Part shown: positions 9,719 through 18,392 of the stretch, in pieces
How the letters are laid out: every line of letters starts with the position of its first letter
Position numbering within the stretch: the stretch's first letter is position 1
NCBI GenBank assembly: GCA_031374905.1
Contig: JANMGZ010000665.1
Coordinates: forward strand, 1-44,040
Direction: 5' to 3'
DNA length: 44,040 nt
Source: Dolichospermum sp. OTE_70_metabat_362_sub
GTDB lineage: Bacteria > Cyanobacteriota > Cyanobacteriia > Cyanobacteriales > Nostocaceae
Notes under the pieces: generated by a model
What the model saw: the letters and a program-made list of their open reading frames with translations, nothing else
Databases searched by the model: none
What the model was told of the DNA's origin: nothing
Translations under genes and position numbers: made by a program

Positions 9719-10362
9719 TTCCATATCTTAGGCTGGTAATGGGTAATTACTCCCTATTCCCAGTTCTCTGTTTTTCCCAATAGCTACTTACTTTTGATAT
9801 ATAGTTCGTGTATATCATTCATATCGTATCTTTACAGTCTGATCACTGATATGACACCTAGAAGTTAACTAAAGTTCAGTGATCTCCGTCACAGTATAAG
9901 TACGGTCTATTTATAGTATTATCTTAAATAATGAATCAATGAGGAGTTATTAGCTGCAAGTAAATCTCTAAATCTAATATTTAAGTATTCATCAATTGCC
10001 ATAAATATGTAAGTATTCAAATTAGACAAAAATCTAATTGTCTCGCCTTTTGGAATTCTAGAAATCAGAAATTTATGTATTGTTAAAATAGTGGATAAAT
10101 TCAGGGAATGATCAAACTTTCATAAGATTATTGCAAAAGTTGAAACTTACCAAAATAAAATGCGTCTTAAAAGATAATTATCCCTAATAAAAAAATATTT
10201 GCTCTGGATAAATTGCCACTTTCATATATTAGTAATAACGCAAATTACTAATTAGTAAAAATTCTAAGTTACAAGAAATAGTTAATCAGTAATAGGCAAA
10301 ACCTTACCAATTACTAATTATTATTTACTACCAAAAAATCAAAGTTCACTAATTTAATCAAA

Positions 10363-11550
10363 ATGGCGGTTGTGATGCAAACTTTACAACAGAGTTTCGA
10401 GGAGCGGAATATCGCTATGACACAAGATGGGACAAATTTAGCTCAATATTGGCAACAGCGACTAACTACAGAATGTCCAGAACAAAGTCAGTCCACTAGA
10501 CAAAGTATTCTTACCTGGCTGTTGGGAGTAGATTTAGAACGGTTTAATTTACTCAACCCCAAAGAACTAGAAATTGCTAAACAAGCAATGGAATATCGGT
10601 GGCGAATTCTACACACACGCTATTTAGGTATGAGTAGAGAAAAGGCTTATCGTCAACTCATTAGCCGCTTGGGTAGCGTAGTTGCCATCAGAAACAAAAT
10701 TCAGACTTGGGTATCCCTCAGCCGCGATCGCCAACGTAGCGTGATTGATGTCCTTCAAGAAGTCCTCCAAGAACTACTACAAAGCGATTCCTATATCCAA
10801 AAACAAATGACGCAAATTGCCGCATTGACAACGGATAAAAGATTGCGGGATACGTTGTTATTTGCCAGCATCGAAGAATATTGTTTACGTCCAGTTCGTA
10901 ATCAACCGATATTAATGTACCGATTTGTTAACTACCTGCGACGAATTCAGCGGGGAGGCTTAACACAAGTACCTAGCAGTGAATTAGTGAGGCTTGTTTC
11001 TGAAGAAATTCTCTCAGAAAATCATGACAATCCAGTTAGCTTAGTGGATAATCAAGCGATCGCTCAATATCACGAAACCCAAGAACTAGAAGAACAATTA
11101 GCTAACCGTCAAATTGTCCAGCAAGAATTTGAGCAATATTTATTAGAAAATATTGGACAACACGCAGTAGATTGGTTGCGCTTATATCTTCAAGGCAAAT
11201 CCCAAGAAGAAATTGCCAAACAACTTAACAAACCGATCAAAGAAGTATATCGTCTGCGGGAAAAACTCAGTTATCATGCCGTACGAGTTTTTGCCATTAA
11301 AGGACAACCAGAACTAGTTGATAACTGGCTTTCTACCTCCTTAGAAGCACATAATCTAGGACTAACAGAACCCAAATGGCAACAACTGCAAGCACAAATC
11401 ACCCCTCTAGGACAACAAATTCTCCACCTCCGCAAAGCAGGTAACTCCATAGAAACTATAGCCCAGCAGTTACAACTCAAAACCCATCAAGTTTTAGGTG
11501 AATGGACAAAAGTTTATCTTGCAGCCCAAACCCTGAGAATTGAGAATTAA
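10363..11550 (+). CDS. HetZ-related protein (paralogue family) with C-terminal HTH/sigma region-4-like segments
   Basis: AYRQLISRLGS, IRNKIQTWVSLSRDRQR, LRLYLQGKSQEEIAKQL...VYRLREK. Resembles the HetZ-related family rather than canonical HetZ. Confidence 0.75.
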   Translation: MAVVMQTLQQSFEERNIAMTQDGTNLAQYWQQRLTTECPEQSQSTRQSILTWLLGVDLERFNLLNPKELEIAKQAMEYRWRILHTRYLGMSREKAYRQLISRLGSVVAIRNKIQTWVSLSRDRQRSVIDVLQEVLQELLQSDSYIQKQMTQIAALTTDKRLRDTLLFASIEEYCLRPVRNQPILMYRFVNYLRRIQRGGLTQVPSSELVRLVSEEILSENHDNPVSLVDNQAIAQYHETQELEEQLANRQIVQQEFEQYLLENIGQHAVDWLRLYLQGKSQEEIAKQLNKPIKEVYRLREKLSYHAVRVFAIKGQPELVDNWLSTSLEAHNLGLTEPKWQQLQAQITPLGQQILHLRKAGNSIETIAQQLQLKTHQVLGEWTKVYLAAQTLRIEN

Positions 11551-11742
11551 CTGTAAAAATATTTCCTCTCATACCCACGAAAAAGTATAAAATATAACAT
11601 TTTGTTAGTAAAAATCTCAGAATTTTCCTAAATAACCCAAGTTGCTAATTATCTAGTTTAGGCTGGTAATGGGTAATTGATAATTATCAATAGTCAATTG
11701 TCACCTGTTCCCTACTTACAATCATTTCTTACTTACATATTT

Positions 11743-12426
11743 ATGAAAATAGATTTTTTTACTAATACTTTTTCAGTATTAAGTACAGCCAGTTCACAAA
11801 CCATAGAATGGCTGATGGATATAGCAACAGAACATGATTACCCGTCAGAACGGGCTGTTTTAATGGAAGATGCCTGGGGTAATGCAGTTTACTTTATTGT
11901 TTCTGGTTGGGTGAAAGTCCGACACACCAAGGGAGAAGAATCAGTTACCATAGCAATTTTAGGACGTGGTGATTTCTTTGGAGAAATGGCGGTTTTGGAT
12001 GAATCCCCACGGTCAACCGACGTTATTTCCCTGTCACAAGTAAAATTATTGAGTATTTCTAGAGAGCATTTTATTCAAATTTTGTTCAAAGATGCACAAT
12101 TACATCATCGAATGCTGCAACTGATGGTAAAACGAGTCCGTCAAATCAATACTCGGTTACAAATGCGGTTGTCACCACCTGCGGTCAAACTCGCCCATAC
12201 TTTAGTTAGTTTAGCTGATAACTATGGTCAGGAATCAGAGCTAGGTAAGAAAATTTTTAACATTCCTTTGCAAGATTTGGCAGAAGTGACAGAAATCACA
12301 TTGGAAGACACTACCAAAATTATGGAAAAACTATCTGAAAAAGAATGGATTAAAACTGATACTGCTAACAATACTATTGATTTAATTAACTATCAACAAC
12401 TCATGGTACTAGCCACCAAACTCTAA
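11743..12426 (+). CDS. Crp/Fnr family transcriptional regulator
   Basis: cNMP-binding motif GDFFGEMAVLDESPRSTDV plus a C-terminal HTH. ATG 11743 preferred because the longer ORF starts in repeat DNA. Confidence 0.88.
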   Translation: MKIDFFTNTFSVLSTASSQTIEWLMDIATEHDYPSERAVLMEDAWGNAVYFIVSGWVKVRHTKGEESVTIAILGRGDFFGEMAVLDESPRSTDVISLSQVKLLSISREHFIQILFKDAQLHHRMLQLMVKRVRQINTRLQMRLSPPAVKLAHTLVSLADNYGQESELGKKIFNIPLQDLAEVTEITLEDTTKIMEKLSEKEWIKTDTANNTIDLINYQQLMVLATKL

Positions 12427-12453
12427 TTCTCTAAGGCGCTAAATTCAGGCAAA

Positions 12454-12662
12454 TATAGAGGTATGCACTTGACTGAGATTCAGGTAAATCGCAAAACCTG
12501 TAGGAGCGCAGGGCCTGCGCCCTATCTCTTATTGCATCCAACCGATAACCGCAAAGATAGCGATATGCACTTGACTGAGATCCAGTCGGCAAATCGCAAA
12601 ACCTGTAGGGGCGCAGGGCCTGCGCCCTATCTCTTATTGCGTCCAACCGATAACCGCAAATA
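12454..12662. mobile_element. Tandem dimer of a ~102-105 bp MITE-like element carrying a GTAG-REP hairpin
   Basis: Two near-identical units (12454..12556 and 12556..12662). Their ends match the inverted ends of the element at 19116..19221. Confidence 0.75.
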
Positions 12663-12703
12663 TGTCATAAGTTAAAAAGAGTATCAAAGACGAAAATTGA
12701 TTT

Positions 12704-13624
12704 ATGACTACCACTATCAACAATACTCCTGACTTAGCTTCCCGTTTCGTTAATGGCATCTTGTCCATTAAACCCCTAGCAAATTTTGCTAAACATCAAG
12801 CTAGACAAATGATGATTAAACGGGCTGAAAAAATTGGTGTGTTTTGGACAAAGGAAACAGAAAAACTCCAAGCCCGTGATTGGACAAAGGATTTGACTCA
12901 AATTCAAAACTCTGGGCTAAATTATCCAGATTACTACGTCACCTCATTCCACGCCTATGAAACCGGAAATCTCAGTTGGCAAGCTGCTTTTGAAGTAGAA
13001 TCAGCGGCTCATGCTGTCCACTCTAGAATTTGGCACAAACCTGAAAGCCAAGGTGATGAAAAACTCCGTCAAAGCTTTCACGATATCCTGAAAAAATCTA
13101 TTTCTGAACAACCGCAAGATATTATAGACTTGGGGTGTAGCGTGGGTATGAGTACCTTTGCTCTCCAAGCAGTTTATCCCCAAGCCAAGATTACCGGTTT
13201 AGACTTATCTCCTTACTTCCTAGCTGTAGCTAACTATCGTAGCCAAGAACGTCAAGCCCCAATTAATTGGATTCACGCTGAAGCGGAATCTACAGGCATA
13301 GCAGATGCTTCCTTTGATTTAGTTTCTATGTTTCTGATGTGTCATGAATTACCCCAATCTGTAACTCACCAGATTTTTGCTGAAGCTAGACGTATTTTGC
13401 GTCCAGGTGGCCACCTAGCAATTATGGACATGAATCCCAAATCGGAAATTTACAAAAAAATGCCAACATACATTTTGACGTTGCTCAAAAGCACCGAACC
13501 TTATTTAGATGAATATTTCAATTTGGACATTGAACAAGCCTTAATTACGGCAGGTTTTCAAGTTCCTACTATTACCAGTAATAGTCCTCGTCACCGTACC
13601 GTTATTGCTCAGGTGAGTGGCTAA
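12704..13624 (+). CDS. Class I SAM-dependent methyltransferase
   Basis: IIDLGCSVGMST, GLDLSPY, FDLVS and RILRPGG. Confidence 0.9.
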   Translation: MTTTINNTPDLASRFVNGILSIKPLANFAKHQARQMMIKRAEKIGVFWTKETEKLQARDWTKDLTQIQNSGLNYPDYYVTSFHAYETGNLSWQAAFEVESAAHAVHSRIWHKPESQGDEKLRQSFHDILKKSISEQPQDIIDLGCSVGMSTFALQAVYPQAKITGLDLSPYFLAVANYRSQERQAPINWIHAEAESTGIADASFDLVSMFLMCHELPQSVTHQIFAEARRILRPGGHLAIMDMNPKSEIYKKMPTYILTLLKSTEPYLDEYFNLDIEQALITAGFQVPTITSNSPRHRTVIAQVSG

Positions 13625-14606
13625 TTTATCTCTAATCCTGTGGGCAGTTATTCCCCCTCTCCTGTTTTTGTGGTTTTATTACCGCAGAACTCCTGCTGCC
13701 CCACCTCTGTTAAATGTCATAATTTTGTTCATTATTGGTGCTATATCTGGTTTTGTGGCTCTTGGGCTAGAATGGTCAGTGGAAACTGCCGCTAACTGGG
13801 TTCTAAATTGGCAACAGATACAGCGTCATTTTTTTGGTGTTGTTTTTCGGCAAATATTAGTCATAGCGCCTATCGAAGAAGGTTGTAAATTAGTAGCCGT
13901 TATTCTCCCCTTGTGCTATTGGCAACGTCATTATCATCTACGAGCTACTACGGTCTTTTTGTTTACCATAGCAGTAGCTTTAGGGTTCACGGCTGAAGAA
14001 ACCTGGATTTATCTATTTCACGGCACATCTTCAATTTTAGACCGGAGTATTGGCACACCAGTTCACGCTATGTTTTCTGCCCCTTGGGGGTACGCTTTAG
14101 GAATATATATTTCTGCCAGTAGAAGGTTCAATCAAGATCGGAATTTAATTTTTACAGCTTGGCTAAATTCTGTCTTTTTTCATGCTTTAGTCAATATTTT
14201 AGCTATTTCCGGGAGATTTTCACAGCCCATATATTTACTTACTTATGGTTTTTTTCCATTACTATTATGGATGTTTTGGCGGTTGGAACAATTACTGCGA
14301 AAACTTCAGGGTAAACGTCATTTACTCTTAATTTTTGGACATACATCTCAATCTCGGAGATGGCAAAAGGGTTTAGTGTTATTAATGTTTTTATTGGGCG
14401 GAAATTCTCTATTGAGGTTATTAATTCTAGCTCGAAAAATTAGTCCTTTGCGCTGGGAACTTTGGTTTGAGCCGACAATTTTCTGGTTTATCCTCAAAGA
14501 TATGGCCCTAAGTCTCTGTTTAGGAGTTGTAGCTTGGTTAATTTATCGGTATTTACACAAGTTAGCTAATCGTCAGTATTTTTTTAAATGTTTCACTGAC
14601 AACTAA
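13617..14606 (+). CDS. PrsW family intramembrane protease
   Basis: APIEEGCK, LGFTAEET, PVHAMFS and FHALVN motifs; multi-TM. Confidence 0.87.
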   Translation: MANLSLILWAVIPPLLFLWFYYRRTPAAPPLLNVIILFIIGAISGFVALGLEWSVETAANWVLNWQQIQRHFFGVVFRQILVIAPIEEGCKLVAVILPLCYWQRHYHLRATTVFLFTIAVALGFTAEETWIYLFHGTSSILDRSIGTPVHAMFSAPWGYALGIYISASRRFNQDRNLIFTAWLNSVFFHALVNILAISGRFSQPIYLLTYGFFPLLLWMFWRLEQLLRKLQGKRHLLLIFGHTSQSRRWQKGLVLLMFLLGGNSLLRLLILARKISPLRWELWFEPTIFWFILKDMALSLCLGVVAWLIYRYLHKLANRQYFFKCFTDN

Positions 14607-14675
14607 GCAACAAATTAGTTTATATTAAAAACAGTCAAAGTCTAAGAAATATTAAATTCCCTTCCTAGTGTAATT

Positions 14676-15944
14676 ATGCAATGTATTGTTAATCGCCGCG
14701 ATCAGTTTTCAGCAATTTGTCGGTATTGGTTCCCAGAACTCAGTGAAATCGAGAATTTAGAAAAGTTTGGCGCTTACTCAAAATTTCCCGGACACGGACA
14801 CAACTATGTCTTATTCATCTCCATGGTTGGAGAATTAGATGAGTATGGTATGGTGCTGAATTTATCTGATGTGAAACACGTCATTAAAGAGGAAGTTACC
14901 AGTCAACTAGATTTTTCTTATCTCAATGATGTGTGGACAGAATTTCAACAAACTCTTCCCACTACAGAAAATATAGCGCGGGTGATTTGGCAACGTTTAG
15001 CACCCCACTTACCTTTGCTTCGGGTGCAGTTATTTGAACATCCTCAACTTTGGGCAGATTATAAAGGAGAGGGAAAAAAAGCTGATTTAACTATTAGAAC
15101 TCACTTTAGCGCGGCTCATCGCCTAGCACCTAATCTCAGCGCGGATAAATATGGTCGGTGTACTCAGACTCATGGACATAACTATCACTTAGAAGTGACT
15201 GTAGAAGGGGAAATAGACTCACGCACTGGCATGATTGTAGATGTAGCGGCTTTAAATCGAGTGGTGGAAGATTATGTGATTAAAATATTTGATCACTCTT
15301 GTGTAAATGAAGATATTCCTTATTTTGCCGATATTGTGCCAACAACTGAGAATATTGCCCGTTACATGAATAATCTCTTAGAAGCACCCATTCATAAATT
15401 AGGAGTGAAACTATCCAAAGTTAAATTGTTTGAAAGTCATCAACTTTGGGCAGATTATACAGGTAATGGCATGGAAGCTTACCTCAGCACTAGCACTAAC
15501 TTTAGCGCGGCTCACCGTCTAGCGCACACTGATTTGAGTTTGGCAAAAAATACGGAAATTTATGGTAAATGCGCTCGTGTAAATGGACACGGACATAATT
15601 ATCAATTAGAAGTAACCGTCAAGGGGAAAATTGACCCATCTACAGGTATGGTTATTGATTTAGGGGCTTTAAATCAGGTAATTACAGATTATGTAATTGA
15701 GCCATTTGATCACACTTTTTTAAACAAAGATATTACTTTCTTTAGTAAAATTGTGCCAACTGCGGAAAATATAGCCCTTTATATTAGTAACACCTTGCGA
15801 TCGCCAATTCTTGAATTGGGAGCAACACTTTACAAAGTAAAACTCGTTGAAAGTCCCAATAACGCTTGCGAAATTTTTGCTGCTGATTCTCAAACAATAT
15901 CCGTTAATGCAGCATTAAGTCAACCAGTATTGGCAGAAGTCTAA
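14676..15944 (+). CDS. 6-pyruvoyl-tetrahydropterin synthase / QueD (COG0720) family protein with three tandem T-fold domains
   Basis: Three HGHNY motifs, three PT(T/A)ENIA motifs and two intact FSAAHRL motifs. Confidence 0.9.
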   Translation: MQCIVNRRDQFSAICRYWFPELSEIENLEKFGAYSKFPGHGHNYVLFISMVGELDEYGMVLNLSDVKHVIKEEVTSQLDFSYLNDVWTEFQQTLPTTENIARVIWQRLAPHLPLLRVQLFEHPQLWADYKGEGKKADLTIRTHFSAAHRLAPNLSADKYGRCTQTHGHNYHLEVTVEGEIDSRTGMIVDVAALNRVVEDYVIKIFDHSCVNEDIPYFADIVPTTENIARYMNNLLEAPIHKLGVKLSKVKLFESHQLWADYTGNGMEAYLSTSTNFSAAHRLAHTDLSLAKNTEIYGKCARVNGHGHNYQLEVTVKGKIDPSTGMVIDLGALNQVITDYVIEPFDHTFLNKDITFFSKIVPTAENIALYISNTLRSPILELGATLYKVKLVESPNNACEIFAADSQTISVNAALSQPVLAEV

Positions 15945-15959
15945 AATCAGAGGAGTCAA

Positions 15960-16140
15960 GCGATTTTGGATTTTGGATTTTGGATTTTGGATTGACTCCA
16001 CCCTAAAGTGTAGAAGCTGGAAAAGTTTGGATTTTGGATTTACGTTAGCGAAGCGTACGCAGCGCAGCGAGTATTTTTCCGTCTTGAAGGACGGGGCTTG
16101 TACCAAATTTTTGTAATCTAAAATCTAAAATCTAAAATTC
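15960..16140. repeat. Composite intergenic repeat: (TTTTGGA)n ... (TCTAAAA)n STRR with embedded small GC-rich hairpins
   Basis: Heptamer arrays of opposite orientation flank the hairpin CCGTCTTGAAGGACGG(GGCTTG) and a GCGAAGCGTACGCAGCGC insert. Confidence 0.75.
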
Positions 16141-16259
16141 CCGATAAGTATTAGTTGAGGATTCATTATCAATGATCCATATAGTCTTAAAATATTCTTA
16201 ATTTCCCCACACAGACTTTTTTTGTCTGTAACCTCCAAATACCACACATAAAAAATATT

Positions 16260-17852
16260 ATGGCTATAGGCTACGTCGCGCTTGTACTTCACGCACACCT
16301 GCCCTTCGTTCGTCACCCAGGAAGTGACTATGTGCTAGAAGAAGAATGGCTGTATGAAGCGATTACTGAAACTTACATTCCTTTATTAAAAGTATTTGAA
16401 GGTTTAAAACGAGACGGCATTGATTTTAAACTTACCATGAGTATGACCCCGCCTTTGGTGTCCATGCTTCGTGATCCTCTGCTGCAAGAACGCTATGATG
16501 CTCACTTATCACAATTAGAAGAGCTTATAGAGCTAGAATCCGAGCGCAATGTCCATAATGGTCATGTTCGTTATTTAGCAGAACATTATGCAACTGAGTT
16601 TAATGAAGCACGGGAGTTATGGGAACGTTATAACGGTGATTTAGTTACAGCATTTAAACAGTTTCAAGATAGTAATAACTTGGAAATTATCACCTGTGGG
16701 GCTACTCACGGCTACTTACCATTAATGAAAATGTATCCCCAAGCTGTGTGGGCGCAAATTCAGGTAGCTTGTGAACATTACGAAGAAACTTTTGGCCAAG
16801 CCCCCAGAGGGATTTGGTTGCCAGAATGTGCCTATTATGAAGGTGTGGAGCGAATGCTGGCAGATGCTGGTTTACGTTATTTCCTCACCGATGGTCATGG
16901 TATTTTATACGCCCGTCCCCGTCCTCGCTTCGGTAGTTATGCCCCAATTTTTACAGAACCCGGTGTAGCGGCTTTTGGTCGAGATCATGAATCTTCTCAG
17001 CAAGTATGGTCTTCTGAAGTCGGTTATCCTGGTGCAGCCGAATATCGGGAATTTTATAAAGATTTGGGTTGGGAAGCTGAATATGAATATATTAAGCCCT
17101 ACATTATGCCCAATGGCCAGCGAAAAAATACAGGTATTAAGTATCATAAAATCACTGGACGGGGCTTAGGTCTTTCCGATAAAGCTCTTTATGATCCTTA
17201 CTGGGCAAGGGAAAAATCCGCAGAACACGCTGCTAACTTCATGTATAATCGTGAGCAGCAAGTTGGGAATTTACACAATATCATGGGCAGGCCGCCAATT
17301 GTTGTTTCTCCTTATGATGCGGAGTTATTTGGTCATTGGTGGTATGAGGGTCCTTGGTTTATTGATTATCTGTTCCGGAAGTCGTGGTATGATCAAAAAA
17401 CTTATGAAATGACTCATTTAGCTGATTATTTACGGGTTAATCCTCAGCAACAAGTATGCCGTCCGGCTCAGTCGAGTTGGGGCTTTAAGGGTTTCCATGA
17501 ATATTGGTTGAATGATACTAATGCTTGGGTTTATCCACATTTACACAAAGCTGCGGAACGGATGATTGAGATTTCCCAAATTGAAGCTGAAGACGAATTA
17601 CAGGAAAAAGCCCTCAATCAAGCAGCAAGAGAAGTGTTATTAGCACAATCATCTGACTGGGCGTTTATTATGCGGACAGGAACAATGGTTCCCTATGCGG
17701 TCAGAAGAACGCGATCGCACTTAATGCGGTTTAATAAACTGTATGAGGATGTAAAAATTGGTAAAGTTGATAGTGGTTGGTTGGAAAAAGTGGAATCAAT
17801 GGATAATATTTTCCCCAATATTAATTATCGCGTTTATCGTCCCGCCTTTTAA
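16260..17852 (+). CDS. Glycoside hydrolase family 57 (1,4-alpha-glucan branching enzyme type, DUF1957 C-terminus)
   Basis: HAHLPFVR, EEEWLYEAITETYIP, GIWLPECAY, YDAELFGHWWYEGP and LLAQSSDWAF. Confidence 0.92.
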   Translation: MAIGYVALVLHAHLPFVRHPGSDYVLEEEWLYEAITETYIPLLKVFEGLKRDGIDFKLTMSMTPPLVSMLRDPLLQERYDAHLSQLEELIELESERNVHNGHVRYLAEHYATEFNEARELWERYNGDLVTAFKQFQDSNNLEIITCGATHGYLPLMKMYPQAVWAQIQVACEHYEETFGQAPRGIWLPECAYYEGVERMLADAGLRYFLTDGHGILYARPRPRFGSYAPIFTEPGVAAFGRDHESSQQVWSSEVGYPGAAEYREFYKDLGWEAEYEYIKPYIMPNGQRKNTGIKYHKITGRGLGLSDKALYDPYWAREKSAEHAANFMYNREQQVGNLHNIMGRPPIVVSPYDAELFGHWWYEGPWFIDYLFRKSWYDQKTYEMTHLADYLRVNPQQQVCRPAQSSWGFKGFHEYWLNDTNAWVYPHLHKAAERMIEISQIEAEDELQEKALNQAAREVLLAQSSDWAFIMRTGTMVPYAVRRTRSHLMRFNKLYEDVKIGKVDSGWLEKVESMDNIFPNINYRVYRPAF

Positions 17853-17900
17853 TTAAGTAGCTCCCAGATCCCCGGGGATTTATAAATCTAGAAAAAGCAA

Positions 17901-17932
17901 AACCCCCAGGATTGTAACTGGGGGTTATTTTT
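17901..17932 (+). terminator. Probable intrinsic terminator between convergent genes
   Basis: AACCCCCAG-loop-CTGGGGGTT stem followed by a T-run. Confidence 0.7.
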
Positions 17933-17962
17933 ATATACATCTTGTCAAATTATCATCAAATA

Positions 17963-18190
17963 CTATTTGCTTAAATTGCGGCTGTTGTAAGCATCAATAG
18001 CATAGGCAGGTGTGCGTTGAGAATAGTCTATATCTACACCAGTAATAGATTTAGCCAAAGCTGCAAAGTTATCAGAAGCCCAGTTGCGTTCATGAATGGG
18101 CTTGCTTTGTTCACCCATGAAGTAAGCTAGAGAACCGATAACGGACACAGCTACCCAACCAACAACCAATAGAGAAATTAAAATAGCCAT
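17963..18190 (-). CDS. Small single-TM protein, photosystem II Psb35-related (75 aa)
   Basis: MAILISLLVVGWVAVSVIGSLAYFMGEQSKPIHERNW... Start moved to ATG 18190; the longer 156-aa ORF overlaps the RNase gene. Confidence 0.7.
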   Translation of the reverse strand: MAILISLLVVGWVAVSVIGSLAYFMGEQSKPIHERNWASDNFAALAKSITGVDIDYSQRTPAYAIDAYNSRNLSK

Positions 18191-18212
18191 TTGAAAACCC
18201 CGTTTTTTACTT

Positions 18213-18230
18213 TTTGTAACCTTATGTAAA
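18213..18230 (-). promoter_or_regulatory. HLR1 (RpaB-binding) motif upstream of the Psb35-related gene
   Basis: Minus strand TTTACATA-AG-GTTACAAA matches (G/T)TTACA(A/T)(A/T)-N2-(G/T)TTACA(A/T)(A/T). Confidence 0.7.
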
Positions 18231-18392
18231 TAAATATAACAGATTGTTAACAGAACTTGCAAATTATTTTCTGGTGTGTATGCCCCTAAAATAGGTGAGG
18301 TATTCCCCACTGTAATAATTTCGTAACAAAAGGCACTGATACAAAAAATGGTGAGAAAATCGTGTGAGTATATTTTTCTGATTCTTTGTAAT

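Noticed and set aside
10203-10208. TCTGGA as a DIF1-like heterocyst promoter motif upstream of the HetZ-related gene
   Set aside because: One mismatch from TCCGGA in a 6-mer with no TSS evidence; likely chance.
12431-12675. Two overlapping ~70-aa ORFs with internal repeats; also considered as a mini CRISPR array
   Set aside because: Both are translations of the duplicated MITE/REP unit. The repeats are ~100 bp with no unique spacers, and no cas genes are present.
16226-16240. Possible NtcA box upstream of the GH57 gene
   Set aside because: Spacing is GTA-N9-TAC, not N8.
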